A DNA stretch of 64,000 nt. It comes from an uncultured Gemmatimonadaceae bacterium. GTDB taxonomy: Bacteria > Gemmatimonadota > Gemmatimonadetes > Gemmatimonadales > Gemmatimonadaceae. The position numbers and the translations under genes were made by a program. Position 1 is the first letter of the stretch. Each line of letters begins with the position of its first letter. The notes under the pieces are model-generated. The model was not told the DNA's origin, ran no database searches, and worked only from the letters and a program-made list of their open reading frames with translations. The stretch spans positions 256,001-320,000 of the forward strand of contig CAWAGQ010000003.1 in the NCBI GenBank assembly GCA_963781585.1, in the 5' to 3' direction. Below are positions 37,927 through 48,917 of the stretch, piece after piece.

Positions 37927-39318
37927 TCACCGATCGGACACGAGCGCCGCTTCCAGCCGGTCGTAGAAGCGCGCTGCCTGGACCGACCGGTCGAACCGAC
38001 CATCCGCGTTGATCGCGCGAGGGCGCACCCCCGCGCAGAATTCCTGGTAGTGCCGACCAATGACCTCGGCGATGCCACCGACGTCGTCAGGCGTCACGAC
38101 GTCGGCGGTCGAGCCCGCGAGTGCGCACGCGCTCGCCGTTCCCCGTACGGTCAGCATGAGAAGCCACGCGTCGTACCGTACATACTCGAAGGTCTTCGCC
38201 GGGAGCGCCACCGCGACGTGTTGCTGGAAGTTGACCAGAACAGAAGCGCGCGCCAGGAACTCCTGCACACGGGCTCGTGGCTGCAACCCATGGGCAGCGA
38301 AGTAAGCGCCGATCCCGGCCTCCGCCGCGATCTGGGTGACCGGTCGGCCGCCGTACGTGCCATCGCCCATGAATTCGACGCCCAGATCCCGCGGAGTCAG
38401 CCCCAGGTTCCGCACCACGCGTGCGACCGCGAGAAAGAGATTGCGCGGGTCGCGACCGCCATAGAGGAGGGAGCCGGCGAACGCAATGACGAAGCGGTCG
38501 CGTGGACCGGGCGTTGGCAGAGGATCGTCGTCCGCGCCATTGCGAACCGTAACCAAGCAGTCTCCCAGATCCGTGTAGCGCGCCCGCATGGATTCCTCCG
38601 CCAGCTCCGTGTTTACGACGACGAGTGCCGCGTCCCGCACGCAGTCCAGTTCCAGCTGGCTCACGATCCGAAGCCACATCTCCGCGTCCAGTCCCTCGGG
38701 CACCGCCTCCTTGGCAAACCACGGATCGCGGAGATCCATGACGAATGGAAGCCCTCCTTCACGGGCAATCCGGCGCGCTGCCTCGTGCGCCATATGCGGC
38801 GGCCCCGAGCTGACGACACACGCGTACCGTTGCTGACTGACAAGCGCCCGTCCCAAGGCAGTAGCGCGTCGTACCCACTGCGCGGAGAGCCTGAATTCAA
38901 GGCTCGTGAGTCGGCTCCGCCACAACTTCCGGACGACGCCCCAAAGGGAGGCCCCTCTCTTCTCCGCCGCGGCCGGTGCGCCCGGCGTCGTCGCCCCGCC
39001 CACCCGCCGTCGCACCCAACGAAGCGGTACCAGGACAACATCAATCGGCCGCCAGGACCGCGGGATCCGGACGCCGAACGCACGCGTCCCCGGTGGCAGA
39101 TCCGCGAGACGACGGGAGTCCGGGGCGGCAAAATCGCGCGGGTCGAGCATGATGACATCGAACGAATAGCCGCGTCGGGCCCCATGCCCGGTCATCTTCT
39201 GCCACCGCAAAGAACCCACCGACGGATCGGGCGGGAAAGCGCAGCTCACCAGGAGCATCTTCCGGGTGTTCGCCTCAGGAGCGCCGGGAACGACGTAGGT
39301 CGGCTCGAGACGATTCAT
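37927..39318 (-). CDS. Glycosyltransferase (GT4-like)
   Basis: LLVSCAFPP, SSGPPH, MDLRDPW, PAKTFEY. Confidence 0.85.
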   Translation of the reverse strand: MNRLEPTYVVPGAPEANTRKMLLVSCAFPPDPSVGSLRWQKMTGHGARRGYSFDVIMLDPRDFAAPDSRRLADLPPGTRAFGVRIPRSWRPIDVVLVPLRWVRRRVGGATTPGAPAAAEKRGASLWGVVRKLWRSRLTSLEFRLSAQWVRRATALGRALVSQQRYACVVSSGPPHMAHEAARRIAREGGLPFVMDLRDPWFAKEAVPEGLDAEMWLRIVSQLELDCVRDAALVVVNTELAEESMRARYTDLGDCLVTVRNGADDDPLPTPGPRDRFVIAFAGSLLYGGRDPRNLFLAVARVVRNLGLTPRDLGVEFMGDGTYGGRPVTQIAAEAGIGAYFAAHGLQPRARVQEFLARASVLVNFQQHVAVALPAKTFEYVRYDAWLLMLTVRGTASACALAGSTADVVTPDDVGGIAEVIGRHYQEFCAGVRPRAINADGRFDRSVQAARFYDRLEAALVSDR

Positions 39319-40388
39319 CGGGCGGTGCGGCGCGCTGCGAGCGCTGCCACGATGCGCTCTGCGGCGTGCCCGTCCCATCCTTCCGGAATCCGCCCCCGCG
39401 GCCTCTCCAGCGCGAGTCGGCGAAGACGCTCCATCAGTTCCTCCGGATCCGGGGTCAGCAGGTTTGTCCCTTCGGTGATTGTCACCGGTCGCTCGGTGTT
39501 CTGTCGCAAGGTCAGGCACGGAACGCCGAGCGCGGTGGTCTCCTCCTGCAGTCCGCCGGAATCGGTCACCACCGCGAACGCGCCCTGCACCGCGTCGAGC
39601 ATCTCCAGGTAACCCACCGGTTCCACCAGACGCACCGCGCCGAGGCTGGCGTTCAGCGCCTTCAACCGCTCGCGCGTGCGAGGATGCGCGGGGAAGAACA
39701 CGGGGCGCTCCTCGGCGATCTGTCGCAACGCCCCGGCGATCCGATCGAGTCGGGCGGGGTCGTCCACGTTCGACGGCCGGTGGAGGGTGACCACGACCGT
39801 CTCGCCGTTCAGTCCCTGGGCGGAACGGAAGCCGCTCGCGCGCGCCCGGTCGAGGGCGTGGCGGAGCGTGTCGATCATGACGTTGCCCACGAACACGATT
39901 TCCTCGTCGGGTTCTCCTTCGCGCTGCAGCGTCGCGGACGCATCCCGCGACGGTGTGAGCAGCAGATCGGCCAGCCGATCCGTCAGGATTCGATTGATCT
40001 CCTCGGGCATGGTGCGATCGCTGCTTCGGAGTCCGGCTTCGACGTGCGCCACCCTGATGCCGAGCTTCGAGGCGACCAGCGCGGCGGCGACCGTGCTGTT
40101 CACGTCGCCGTAGACGAGTAGCCAGTCCGGGCGATCCTCGAGCAGTACGGGCTCGAGCCGCTCCATGATGCGCCCGGTCTGCACGGCGTGAGACGCCGAG
40201 CCCACATCGAGATTCACGTCCGGCTCCGGCAGTTCCAGTTGCTCGAAGAACTGCCCCGACAGCGATGCGTCGTAGTGCTGGCCGGTGTGGACGATCCGCT
40301 GATCCCACCCCTCCGAGCGCACCGCCCGCCTGACCGGCGCAAGCTTGGGGAAATTCGGACGGGCTCCCGCGACATGTGTGATTTTCAC
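39315..40388 (-). CDS. wecB: UDP-GlcNAc 2-epimerase (non-hydrolysing)
   Basis: GARPNF, HTGQHYD, HVEAGLRS, MPEEINR, TDSGGLQEE, NTERP. Confidence 0.95.
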   Translation of the reverse strand: MKITHVAGARPNFPKLAPVRRAVRSEGWDQRIVHTGQHYDASLSGQFFEQLELPEPDVNLDVGSASHAVQTGRIMERLEPVLLEDRPDWLLVYGDVNSTVAAALVASKLGIRVAHVEAGLRSSDRTMPEEINRILTDRLADLLLTPSRDASATLQREGEPDEEIVFVGNVMIDTLRHALDRARASGFRSAQGLNGETVVVTLHRPSNVDDPARLDRIAGALRQIAEERPVFFPAHPRTRERLKALNASLGAVRLVEPVGYLEMLDAVQGAFAVVTDSGGLQEETTALGVPCLTLRQNTERPVTITEGTNLLTPDPEELMERLRRLALERPRGRIPEGWDGHAAERIVAALAARRTAR

Positions 40389-41611
40389 TGCCAGGCCGCC
40401 TCGCCGACCGGCCCAGCGACAACGCGGGCCTCCTCGCCACGCGCGGTTCCGTTCACCAGACCCGAGATGATTCTGCACCGTTCAGACCAGTCGTCGTTCC
40501 GCACGTGCGCCGACTGCGCGATGCGCCACGCCTGGTCTCGTCCGTGGCCGACCGCGTCGCGCACGGCTTCCACCCAGATATCAAACGAGTCAGCGCAAAC
40601 AGCAATGTCGCTGCATTTCAGAACCTCGGGCAGCGCCGAGGAGACGATGGGAAGTCCCGCAGCGGCGTATTCGCGGAGCTTGATGGGGTTTACCGAATTG
40701 GTGAGGTCGGTCATTCGAAACGGCACCAGCGCCGCCTGGAACCCTCGACAGTAGTCCGGGAGCGTGTTGTACGGCCGCCGGCCAAGCAGATGGATATTGG
40801 GCCGGCCGGTCAAGGCCTCGATTGGACCCCTGGCACTGCCAATGAGAACGAACGAATACGGAAGAGTGTCGGCGAGCCGCGCGATGAGGTCGGTGTCCAC
40901 CCACTCATGAATGAGTCCGAAGAAGCCGACGCGAGGCTCGGGGATGGATATCAGGTCCTCAGGCAGGGCGCCGGGCGCGAGGGCCTTCGCGAAGTGGGCA
41001 TGGTCCACACCATGCGGGACGTAGTGCACGTTCGACGAAAACCGGCGACACCGCGCGGCGAGATCCTCCGCGCTGGCGATGACGAGGTCGGCCTCGCGAC
41101 ACAGCTCCTCCTCGGAGCGCTCCATGGTGGCCGCATCGTAGTCGTCGAACGCAGACCACCGGTCGACGCAGTAGTAGAGCAGAAACCGGCGCCGGAAGCC
41201 TCGCAGGTACGGCGCGCACTGGGGAGCGAACGCGCACACGAGCGGCTCCGTGTCCAGCGACAGGCGGCGCAGCTCCCGTCGGATGGAGAATCGGTACAGC
41301 GCACCGTTCAGCGCTTGCGCGACCGGAGATCGCGGGAACGGAAGGGCCGGCGGGGCGAGCACGTGCACGCGCGGCAGGACCTGGCGGGCGCGCCGCACGA
41401 TCGCCCGCGCCTTCGACAGGAGCCGGGCGCGATCGGCGGCGCTCCCGAGGTTGGGCGTGCGCATGCCGGCTGCCTCGACCCAAAGCACCGGGTTGGTCTC
41501 GGACAATCGCCGCATCACCTGATGCTTGCTGGTCGGATCGGCGGTCCAGTCATTGGCCAGGGCGACGATGCCGGTGCCGCCCAGAAGGGGATCGAACGCG
41601 GGCGTGGTCAT
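40385..41611 (-). CDS. Glycosyltransferase (GT4/TuaH-like)
   Basis: YYCVDRW, HGVD, NPIKLREYAAAGLPIVS. Confidence 0.88.
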   Translation of the reverse strand: MTTPAFDPLLGGTGIVALANDWTADPTSKHQVMRRLSETNPVLWVEAAGMRTPNLGSAADRARLLSKARAIVRRARQVLPRVHVLAPPALPFPRSPVAQALNGALYRFSIRRELRRLSLDTEPLVCAFAPQCAPYLRGFRRRFLLYYCVDRWSAFDDYDAATMERSEEELCREADLVIASAEDLAARCRRFSSNVHYVPHGVDHAHFAKALAPGALPEDLISIPEPRVGFFGLIHEWVDTDLIARLADTLPYSFVLIGSARGPIEALTGRPNIHLLGRRPYNTLPDYCRGFQAALVPFRMTDLTNSVNPIKLREYAAAGLPIVSSALPEVLKCSDIAVCADSFDIWVEAVRDAVGHGRDQAWRIAQSAHVRNDDWSERCRIISGLVNGTARGEEARVVAGPVGEAAWQ

Positions 41612-41615
41612 CGTC

Positions 41616-43526
41616 TCATCGCGTCGCGAGCGCCTGATCCACTCGCGTCCCCGCGAGAACGTGGACGCGCCAGACCTGAAACGCCAGAAGTCGCCAGAGC
41701 CGCCCGGTGTGATCGATTCCCTGCATGTGCTCATCGAGCCACTGCCGCGCGGTTCCGGCGTGGAGCAGGCCGTCGTCAGATGCGGGCAGATAGGCGTGCA
41801 GCATGTCGCGGCCGGCGGTGCGCAACCACTGTCCCAGGGGAACCGAGAATCCACGCTTTCGTGCGTGCGTGATGTCGCGCGGCAGCATGCGCTCGGCAGC
41901 CCGCCGCACCAGCGCCTTGCCGGTGAAGCCGCGCAGTTTCACACGCGGAGGCAGCCCCGCCGCCCACTCGACCAGATGGTGATCCAGAAAAGGCACGCGA
42001 CTCTCGATCGACGTCGCCATGCTCATCTGATCCTGCTTGGCAAGCAACTCATCGAGATAGGTGGCCTGGTCGAAGCGGAGCATCGCTTCCAGAGGGTTGC
42101 GTTGCAGCAGATCGCGGTCGATCAGGCCGCCGAGCCGGGCGTATGGTGTCCCTCCGCCGTCTCCGAGCAGGACATCACGCTGGGCTCGGCGGAATTCCGT
42201 GAAGCTCTCGAGGTACCAGTCCTCGAAGGATGGGCCGTGGGCGAAGGAGGATCGCTTGAGGCGGCTGCTCAGATAGCCCTCGCCGAGTCCGGCCACGCCG
42301 CGTGCCAGCGAGGTCCGCAGTCGTGGGGCGAGCGAGGCATCGAGCGCCCGCGCCAGCCGCCTGTTCCAGAGCGCGCGGGGGTACCGCCCATAGCCGGCAA
42401 ACAATTCGTCGCTGCCTTCGCCGGTCAGCACCACCTTGACCGACTGCACGGCAAGGCGCGAGACGACGTACAGCGGGATGCTCGCCGAGAACGTGAGCGG
42501 GTGGTCGCGATGCGCCGTGAGCCGCGGCAGCAGCTCGAAGAACTCTTCGGGGCGGCAGGTGACTTCATGGTGGTCGGTGGCGAATGCGCTCGCCACGACC
42601 CGGGCGTACGGCAGCTCGCTGGCGTCCTGCTCGGCGTAGCCCACCGAAAACGTGCGCAATTGCTCGATGCCCAGCTCCCGCATCGCGGCCACGATCAGGC
42701 TCGAGTCGAGGCCGCCGCTCAGGAAGACGCCTAACGGCACATCCGCCATCAGCGTGATGTCCACGGCCTCACGAAAGCGCGTCCAGAACTCCCGCGACGC
42801 CGGCTCGACCGACAGCTCACTCGCCCCATCACGCGTCACAACGGCCTCGGGCAGTGTCCAGTAGCGCTCGAACCGCACGCGCCCATCCTCCCACTCAAGC
42901 ACGCAACCAGGCTCCAGCGATCGGACGTCACGAAACAGCGTCCGCCCTCCGGTCACGCTCCCCAGCGCGAAGTATTCGGCGACGGCGTCGGCATTGAGGG
43001 CGGGCTCGATGAGCCCGGACGCGAACACCCCTTTGATCTCCGAGCTGAACACGAGGTCGCCTTCACCGGTTACCGCATAGAACAACGGCTTGATGCCGGA
43101 CCGGTCACGCACCAGGCTCAGCGTCTGACGCTTGGCGTCCCACAGGGCGTAGGCAAACATGCCGCGCAAGGCGCTCGCACCTTTCACAACGCCGTACTCC
43201 TCGGCCAGATGAATCACCGCCTCGGTATCACAGTTGGTTCGGTACACGTGGCCACGCGCGATGAGCGACGCCCGATGCGTTGCGTGGTTGTAGACCTCGC
43301 CATTGTAGGTGATCCAGACCGTCCCATCCTCGTTGCACATCGGCTGCTGGCCGCGCGCCAGATCGACGATGCTCAGACGCTCGTGTCCGAGACCGACCCG
43401 ACCCGACAGATGCTGCCCGCAGGCATCCGGCCCTCGGTGATGGATCGACTCGCGCATCCGCGTGATCATCTCCGCCGGAACACGGCGTTCGGGTTGCGCG
43501 AGGACCACACCGCAGATGCCGCACAT
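41616..43526 (-). CDS. asnB: Asparagine-synthase-like glutamine amidotransferase
   Basis: MCGICG, HRGPD, NGEVYN, LSGGLDSS, TGEGSDELFAGY, ESRVPFLD. Confidence 0.95.
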   Translation of the reverse strand: MCGICGVVLAQPERRVPAEMITRMRESIHHRGPDACGQHLSGRVGLGHERLSIVDLARGQQPMCNEDGTVWITYNGEVYNHATHRASLIARGHVYRTNCDTEAVIHLAEEYGVVKGASALRGMFAYALWDAKRQTLSLVRDRSGIKPLFYAVTGEGDLVFSSEIKGVFASGLIEPALNADAVAEYFALGSVTGGRTLFRDVRSLEPGCVLEWEDGRVRFERYWTLPEAVVTRDGASELSVEPASREFWTRFREAVDITLMADVPLGVFLSGGLDSSLIVAAMRELGIEQLRTFSVGYAEQDASELPYARVVASAFATDHHEVTCRPEEFFELLPRLTAHRDHPLTFSASIPLYVVSRLAVQSVKVVLTGEGSDELFAGYGRYPRALWNRRLARALDASLAPRLRTSLARGVAGLGEGYLSSRLKRSSFAHGPSFEDWYLESFTEFRRAQRDVLLGDGGGTPYARLGGLIDRDLLQRNPLEAMLRFDQATYLDELLAKQDQMSMATSIESRVPFLDHHLVEWAAGLPPRVKLRGFTGKALVRRAAERMLPRDITHARKRGFSVPLGQWLRTAGRDMLHAYLPASDDGLLHAGTARQWLDEHMQGIDHTGRLWRLLAFQVWRVHVLAGTRVDQALATR

Positions 43527-45673
43527 CAGACCCACCCTCCGACGGCGGTGCCCGCAACGTTAGGCGCGATGACCTCCGGCGGCGTCCGTCGTGGGCACGC
43601 CAGCGAGAAGATCCCGCGCGGCGAGTGCGACGCGACGGTCCAGCCGCCCGCGGCCGCCGGAGCGACGTCGATGCGGGCGTCGGCCGCCGCGATGGCCGTG
43701 ACCAAGGCCGCAGTCTGCACGCCGGGCCAGCGCAGCCGGAGCATGCCGGCGTCGACCTCCTCCCCGTAGCGCGGAGACCGGCGCACCCGCTCATGGATCG
43801 CCGAGAGGTGGGGGATTCCCGCTGAAGCCCACCAGCGCATGACCGCCGCATCCAGGCGCAACTCGCACCGGGCATCGTCCAGAGCGCCCCGTGCCGACGC
43901 CAGCGGCCAATGCAAGGCGCAGTCGCGCCCCTCGGCGCCGTCGATCCAGTCACACACCACCACCCCGCTGCCGGGGATGAGCAGGACGAGACGCTCGACG
44001 TCGAACGCGCCTCCGCGTGAAGAGCGGCGGTAGGCGAGGCGGCACCACCAGACGCCCCCGGTTACCCCCTGCGCCACCGACGGGGTGGGCGCGGTCACGC
44101 GCCAACCGAAGTCATTCCGCGGGACGGCGAGCGGTTCTCCCGACACCACGAAGCAGGCGTGGGCCTGCTCGGAGCGATACCAGGCACGGCCAGCCGGATC
44201 CCCCGTGTACCGTGGCGACCCGAAATCCGTGACAATCGACTCGCCCCCATGCGACACTTCCACATGGCCGAGGTCCGTGTGCGCGTGACCAGTGAGATCG
44301 CCGCCGTGGGGGCCGGCGTCGACGAGGCAGAACCACGACGTCGCGCCCTCACCGTCACGTCCGACGTAGTATCCCGCTGCCGGCAGCGCGTCGTGGCGGG
44401 GACGGAGCGGCTGCGACGGCTGATCTGCCAGCCACCGGCACGCGTCGTCATCAACCAGCCAGAAAGCAAGGGCGCGCTGCTCGGCATCGGCCCCCTCGAG
44501 CCATCGCGGTTCGCGACTGAGTGCCGCACCGGCCACCAGGAGCGAACGCTGGTCGTGGCTGTCGCCCACCGCGAGCGGCAGCATCGACCCGCTGTCCTCA
44601 TCGCCGATCACAGGCCACTCGCTCTCCGAGCGTCGAAGAGCGGCGGAGGCACCAAGCAGGTTTGTCAGCGCCGGGCTTACCGCAGGAGGAAGTGGAATTC
44701 GCGAACCGCGTCCGAGCGCGACAAGGTGGAGATAGAACTCGAGCGTGTACCGATGATAGCCGGTCGCCCGTTCGAAGTGTGTACCGTCCGTCAGGATCTG
44801 GTGTGCGATCTCGGCACCCAGGATGCGAATGCCCCGGTGCTTCCAGCGCTCCGCTCGCGCAAACTCCGGAAACATCACGCCGACATAGACGAGTCCCAGC
44901 GCTTCACCAGTGAGATGGGTGTTCGGGCTGTGGTGCGTTGAGTCAAATCGCTCGACGTGCTTCGCGTGATGCCAGAGCTGCCAGAGGAACTTCCGGCACG
45001 ACGATTCGGTCCATTCGGTCGAGTCACAGGTCAACGCGAACAGCCAGCACCAGACAACGGCCCGGAACGACACCTCCAGACTGGCCGTCCAGTTGATTCC
45101 GCGCCCGGGCGGGTTGCCGCGCATCCAGTCCTCGAGCAAAGCGACCATCCGACGCGCGAAACGGGCGTCACGCGTCAGCCAGTACGCCTGGGCAAGTCGC
45201 AGCAGGTGGTGATGCCGATTCAGCTCCCAGATGTGCTTTACGTCACCACCACCGATGCCTTCAAGAAAGCGCACGCGCGGCCACGGCGTGTTGTCCGCCT
45301 CGACGCCGGAGATCGGGTGGGTATTCCAATCCGGGATGCCACCCTTCATGCGGGCTACCACCCCGAAGACATCCCACTGGCCGGCGAGGACCCGTTCGGC
45401 TGCGGCGAGTAGTGGCTGGCGGCCGGGAAGGTGCGTCAGATCCCGGGCGCGGAGGTGAGCGAGCGGAAAGCGGGCGCGCATCGCCTCGCGCAGATGCGAC
45501 AGGACCGGTGTCGCTGACGGGACCAGAGGGCCCGAGCTCCCGTTCCAGACGCGCAACCAGCCGGCAGGCGTGAGCACACGCTGCGGCGGGCGCGCGGACG
45601 CAACGACCTTCTCGCACTCCTGCCGCACGCGGACGGCGAGCGCAATGGCGCGACGATTCACGGACACGGGCAC
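43526..45673 (-). CDS. Heparinase II/III-family protein
   Basis: DVKHIWELNR, NWTASLEV, GHAHTD, YRSEQAH. Confidence 0.85.
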   Translation of the reverse strand: MPVSVNRRAIALAVRVRQECEKVVASARPPQRVLTPAGWLRVWNGSSGPLVPSATPVLSHLREAMRARFPLAHLRARDLTHLPGRQPLLAAAERVLAGQWDVFGVVARMKGGIPDWNTHPISGVEADNTPWPRVRFLEGIGGGDVKHIWELNRHHHLLRLAQAYWLTRDARFARRMVALLEDWMRGNPPGRGINWTASLEVSFRAVVWCWLFALTCDSTEWTESSCRKFLWQLWHHAKHVERFDSTHHSPNTHLTGEALGLVYVGVMFPEFARAERWKHRGIRILGAEIAHQILTDGTHFERATGYHRYTLEFYLHLVALGRGSRIPLPPAVSPALTNLLGASAALRRSESEWPVIGDEDSGSMLPLAVGDSHDQRSLLVAGAALSREPRWLEGADAEQRALAFWLVDDDACRWLADQPSQPLRPRHDALPAAGYYVGRDGEGATSWFCLVDAGPHGGDLTGHAHTDLGHVEVSHGGESIVTDFGSPRYTGDPAGRAWYRSEQAHACFVVSGEPLAVPRNDFGWRVTAPTPSVAQGVTGGVWWCRLAYRRSSRGGAFDVERLVLLIPGSGVVVCDWIDGAEGRDCALHWPLASARGALDDARCELRLDAAVMRWWASAGIPHLSAIHERVRRSPRYGEEVDAGMLRLRWPGVQTAALVTAIAAADARIDVAPAAAGGWTVASHSPRGIFSLACPRRTPPEVIAPNVAGTAVGGWV

Positions 45674-45691
45674 CGAGAGGTGGAAGCCGTT

Positions 45692-46825
45692 TCAGTCATG
45701 CGGGGCACCGCCGTCGACGGCTCTGGTGGCGCTTAGCGCACCACGACGTCCCCGTTCACGATCGATGTCGGCATACAGTGCGAGCCATTGCGGTGCCACC
45801 GCCTCCCACGTGTAGTGCTCCAGGCACTCCCGTCGCGCCTCGGTCGTCAGTTGCTCGGCAAGCCCGGGCTCGCACACTACCTGAAGGGCGCACGCGGCCA
45901 GGGCCGCGGCGTCTCCGGGAGGCACCAGCAGGGCCGTCCGAAGGTGCTCGGCGATATAGGGAATACCGCCCGCGGCCGTCGACACGACCGGCAGCCCTGC
46001 CGCGAAGGCCTCAATCACCGAACTGGGCATGTTGTCAATACGCGGAGAATTCAGGTACACATCCGCCTCGTCGTACAACCGCGGCATCTCTTCCTGAGTC
46101 ACCCGTCCCAGGAACGAGACATTCTGCAATCCGAGCGAGGTGGCGAGCGCCTCCAGTGCCGCTCGTTCGCCACCGTCCCCTGCCAGCACCAGGCGTGCCT
46201 CAGGGAGCGTGGCCTGCACGAGGCCGAAGGCGCGGATCGTCGTGGCGACGTCGTAGAGTGACTCCAGGTTGCGATTGCTCAGAAACAGCGGCCGCGGCCG
46301 CGGTCGGGACCGGAATGGCAGCCGGGCAGGATCGACAAAGTTGGCGATCGAGATCGCGTGATATCCATGTCGCGCAAAGACGTCCACCAGGTAGCGCGAG
46401 GGCACCACGATCGCGTGAGGCAGGCGCAGAGCCCGGCGCAGCAACCATCGCCATCGCGTCAGGTGATCATCCGCTTCGCCGCTCCGGTAGTTGAGGATGA
46501 CGCCCTTCCCCAACGCGCGCCCCACCAGCATTGCCGGGAGCGGGGCAAGCAGGAATGACGTGTATGACGCGGAGAAGACCTGAACCACGTCCACGCGCGG
46601 TATCTGGCGAAGCAGCGCGACGCCGTAGAAGGCCGAGTTGATCAGGGTTCGCAAATAGCGTATCCGGCGTGTCCACCGCAGCCCCGGCGGGAATGCCGGA
46701 TTGATGGGCAGCAGTGCCACGTTCAACGCGCCATACCTGGACAGTCGCTCGCGCAGGCGAGCCGCCACGACTGCCTGACCGCCAATCATCTCCAGCGACG
46801 GCGCGACCAGAAGGACGTGGATCAT
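45692..46825 (-). CDS. Glycosyltransferase family 4
   Basis: GGQAV, NYRSGEA, DNMPSSVIEAFAAGLPVVST. Confidence 0.92.
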   Translation of the reverse strand: MIHVLLVAPSLEMIGGQAVVAARLRERLSRYGALNVALLPINPAFPPGLRWTRRIRYLRTLINSAFYGVALLRQIPRVDVVQVFSASYTSFLLAPLPAMLVGRALGKGVILNYRSGEADDHLTRWRWLLRRALRLPHAIVVPSRYLVDVFARHGYHAISIANFVDPARLPFRSRPRPRPLFLSNRNLESLYDVATTIRAFGLVQATLPEARLVLAGDGGERAALEALATSLGLQNVSFLGRVTQEEMPRLYDEADVYLNSPRIDNMPSSVIEAFAAGLPVVSTAAGGIPYIAEHLRTALLVPPGDAAALAACALQVVCEPGLAEQLTTEARRECLEHYTWEAVAPQWLALYADIDRERGRRGALSATRAVDGGAPHD

Positions 46826-47167
46826 GTCGGGTGTCCAACACGAACCGGGAGTGGGAGTTCGAGGACCTCGCCCGGCAGTGACAGAATCGACAGGGCTTCG
46901 AACCGTGGAGCCTTCGTTTGACGCGAAGACTGTCTGTTACCGTGAGGTTTACTGCAGGGAGTTCGATCGATGGGCATCGGCGACGGCTGTGGCGCGAAGT
47001 CCACCACGCGCCACCGATCCCCGGTCACGCGGGTCGATCCGGTGACCTCGCCGAGGCATGCGCGGATGAGCGCCATCAGTACGGTATTGTCGTCAAGGAG
47101 GACATGTTTCCACCCCGAGGACTGCAGGGGAGGCGGACAGGAAACCGAGTCGCAACGCGAAGGATCG

Positions 47168-47202
47168 CCGGGGCGAAGTACCGGGGCGAAGTACCGGGGC
47201 GA
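47168..47202. repeat. 13-bp tandem repeat (2.7 units)
   Basis: CCGGGGCGAAGTA CCGGGGCGAAGTA CCGGGGCGA. Confidence 0.85.
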
Positions 47203-47531
47203 GAACGTCGTGCCGTACGCCGCCCACGCGTCGTCATGCTGGAGCGCCATGAAGCCAACGCCTCCGGGCGGCAGCAGCGTCCCGCTTGTCGATTGCGGAC
47301 CCCTGCTCTCGTTGACCGGGCGCGCACACCACGACCGGAGCAAGTGGGCAAGGGCGCAGGCTTTGGATTTTCTTCGGTATTTGACCAGTGCATGCAAGTT
47401 GCGTAACGAGTGTGCGTTGCGTTAGCTTCGCGCCGAAGTATAGACTGCTGCTCCCGGAGCAATCAACGCGCGCAAGAGGGCCGATTGGGGCGCAGTTTTT
47501 CGAGATCGACCTGCCCGGTTTCACGTCGCGG

Positions 47532-48917
47532 ATGAGCACCTGGAGAAAAATCGCCCTTTCCGCCCACTTGGCCACTCGACTCGCGCGGCCATCGCTCCGG
47601 ACAGCGGCGCGGGCGTTCCGGCAGGGAATGGCATTTCGGCGCCGCTCGGAATCCTGGTCGGACGATCAGCGCCGAGCCTGGTCCTTGGCGAGCCTTCGAC
47701 GGCAGGTGCGGCGCGCCGCCAGCGAGGTTCCGTTTTACCGGGACTGGTTCGATCGCGTCGGGTTCGACAGCCGGTCGGACTTCAGCTTCGACGACTTCGC
47801 GAAGCTCCCGGTTCTGGAACGCGAGGATGTCCTCGAAGCGGGCAATTCGATGCGATCCACTTGCGTCCCCGCTCGGGACGTACGCGAGGACAGTACCGGC
47901 GGATCCACTGGGGTGCCCACGCGAATCTGGACCGGGCCCGAGGAACGCGGGTGGAGCCAGAGCGGAACCAACTTCTTCATGTCCCAGCTCGACGTCCCGG
48001 CGGGGAGCCGGACAGCGCTGTTGTGGCTGCATCACCTCGATCCGGTCGCGAACGATAGCCTCGCCGATCGGGCGCGCAACTTCATCTGGAATCGTGAATG
48101 GTTGGACTGCGCGCGGCTTTCCGATGAGCTGTTGCAGAGGTATCACGCGCAGCTGCAGCGCAGCCGACCGGAGTGCGTCATCGCATATGCCGGCGCGCTT
48201 GCGTCGCTTGCCGATGTGGTGGCCCGGCTCGGCGACGCTCCTCACTATCCGACCCGCTGTTCGGTGACCGGCGCGGAGAAGCTCTGGCCGGAGCAGCGGC
48301 GCCTCGTGGAGGAGACTTTTGGAAAGCCGGTGCACGAGCGCTACGGCAGCCGGGACATCGGCCTGATGGGGTTTCAGCTCGCCCCGCATGCGAATCTGGA
48401 CTTTGCGGTCGACTGGGCGGCTATCCTCCTCGAGCCGGAAGTGCGGGCTGAGGATTCCCCCATTCTGGTGACAAAACTGCATGCTGATGCAATGCCCCTG
48501 ATCCGGTACCGGGTCGGCGACAGGGCGCGTTTCCCCGTCGATGCCGCACCGGGCCATCCGGTTTTTCATTTCGCGGAGGTCCTGGGGCGGCAGGTCGACG
48601 TTCTGTGGTTGCCGGACGGCCGCTGGATCCACGGCATCGCTGTCCCGCATCTGATGAAGGACCATGCGATTCGGGAGTTTCAGATGTACCAGCATGAGGA
48701 CTACAGCATCGAATTGCTGGTGGTGCCTCGCAACCATTTGAGCATGGACGACGAGGAGCGCGTGCTGGCCGTGCTTCGGGCGAACGCGCCCGGCCTGCCA
48801 GTCACCATACGGGTGGTGTCACAGATCGAGCGTACCGCGTCGCAAAAGTGGCGGCCTGTTCGTTCCGCGGTCCGTCGCACGGCGCCGGCCGGACGGTTCC
48901 GAGGGCCGAACGCGTGA
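47532..48917 (+). CDS. PaaK/CapK-like adenylate-forming ligase
   Basis: VPFYR, STGGSTGVP, ERYGSRDIG, MPLIRYRVGD, VLGR. Confidence 0.88.
   Translation: MSTWRKIALSAHLATRLARPSLRTAARAFRQGMAFRRRSESWSDDQRRAWSLASLRRQVRRAASEVPFYRDWFDRVGFDSRSDFSFDDFAKLPVLEREDVLEAGNSMRSTCVPARDVREDSTGGSTGVPTRIWTGPEERGWSQSGTNFFMSQLDVPAGSRTALLWLHHLDPVANDSLADRARNFIWNREWLDCARLSDELLQRYHAQLQRSRPECVIAYAGALASLADVVARLGDAPHYPTRCSVTGAEKLWPEQRRLVEETFGKPVHERYGSRDIGLMGFQLAPHANLDFAVDWAAILLEPEVRAEDSPILVTKLHADAMPLIRYRVGDRARFPVDAAPGHPVFHFAEVLGRQVDVLWLPDGRWIHGIAVPHLMKDHAIREFQMYQHEDYSIELLVVPRNHLSMDDEERVLAVLRANAPGLPVTIRVVSQIERTASQKWRPVRSAVRRTAPAGRFRGPNA

Noticed and set aside
29564..39612. Long antisense or alternate-frame ORFs (e.g. 29564-31309, 31483-32877, 34346-35785, 37894-39612)
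   Set aside because: Shadows of well-supported genes, expected in high-GC DNA, with no motifs
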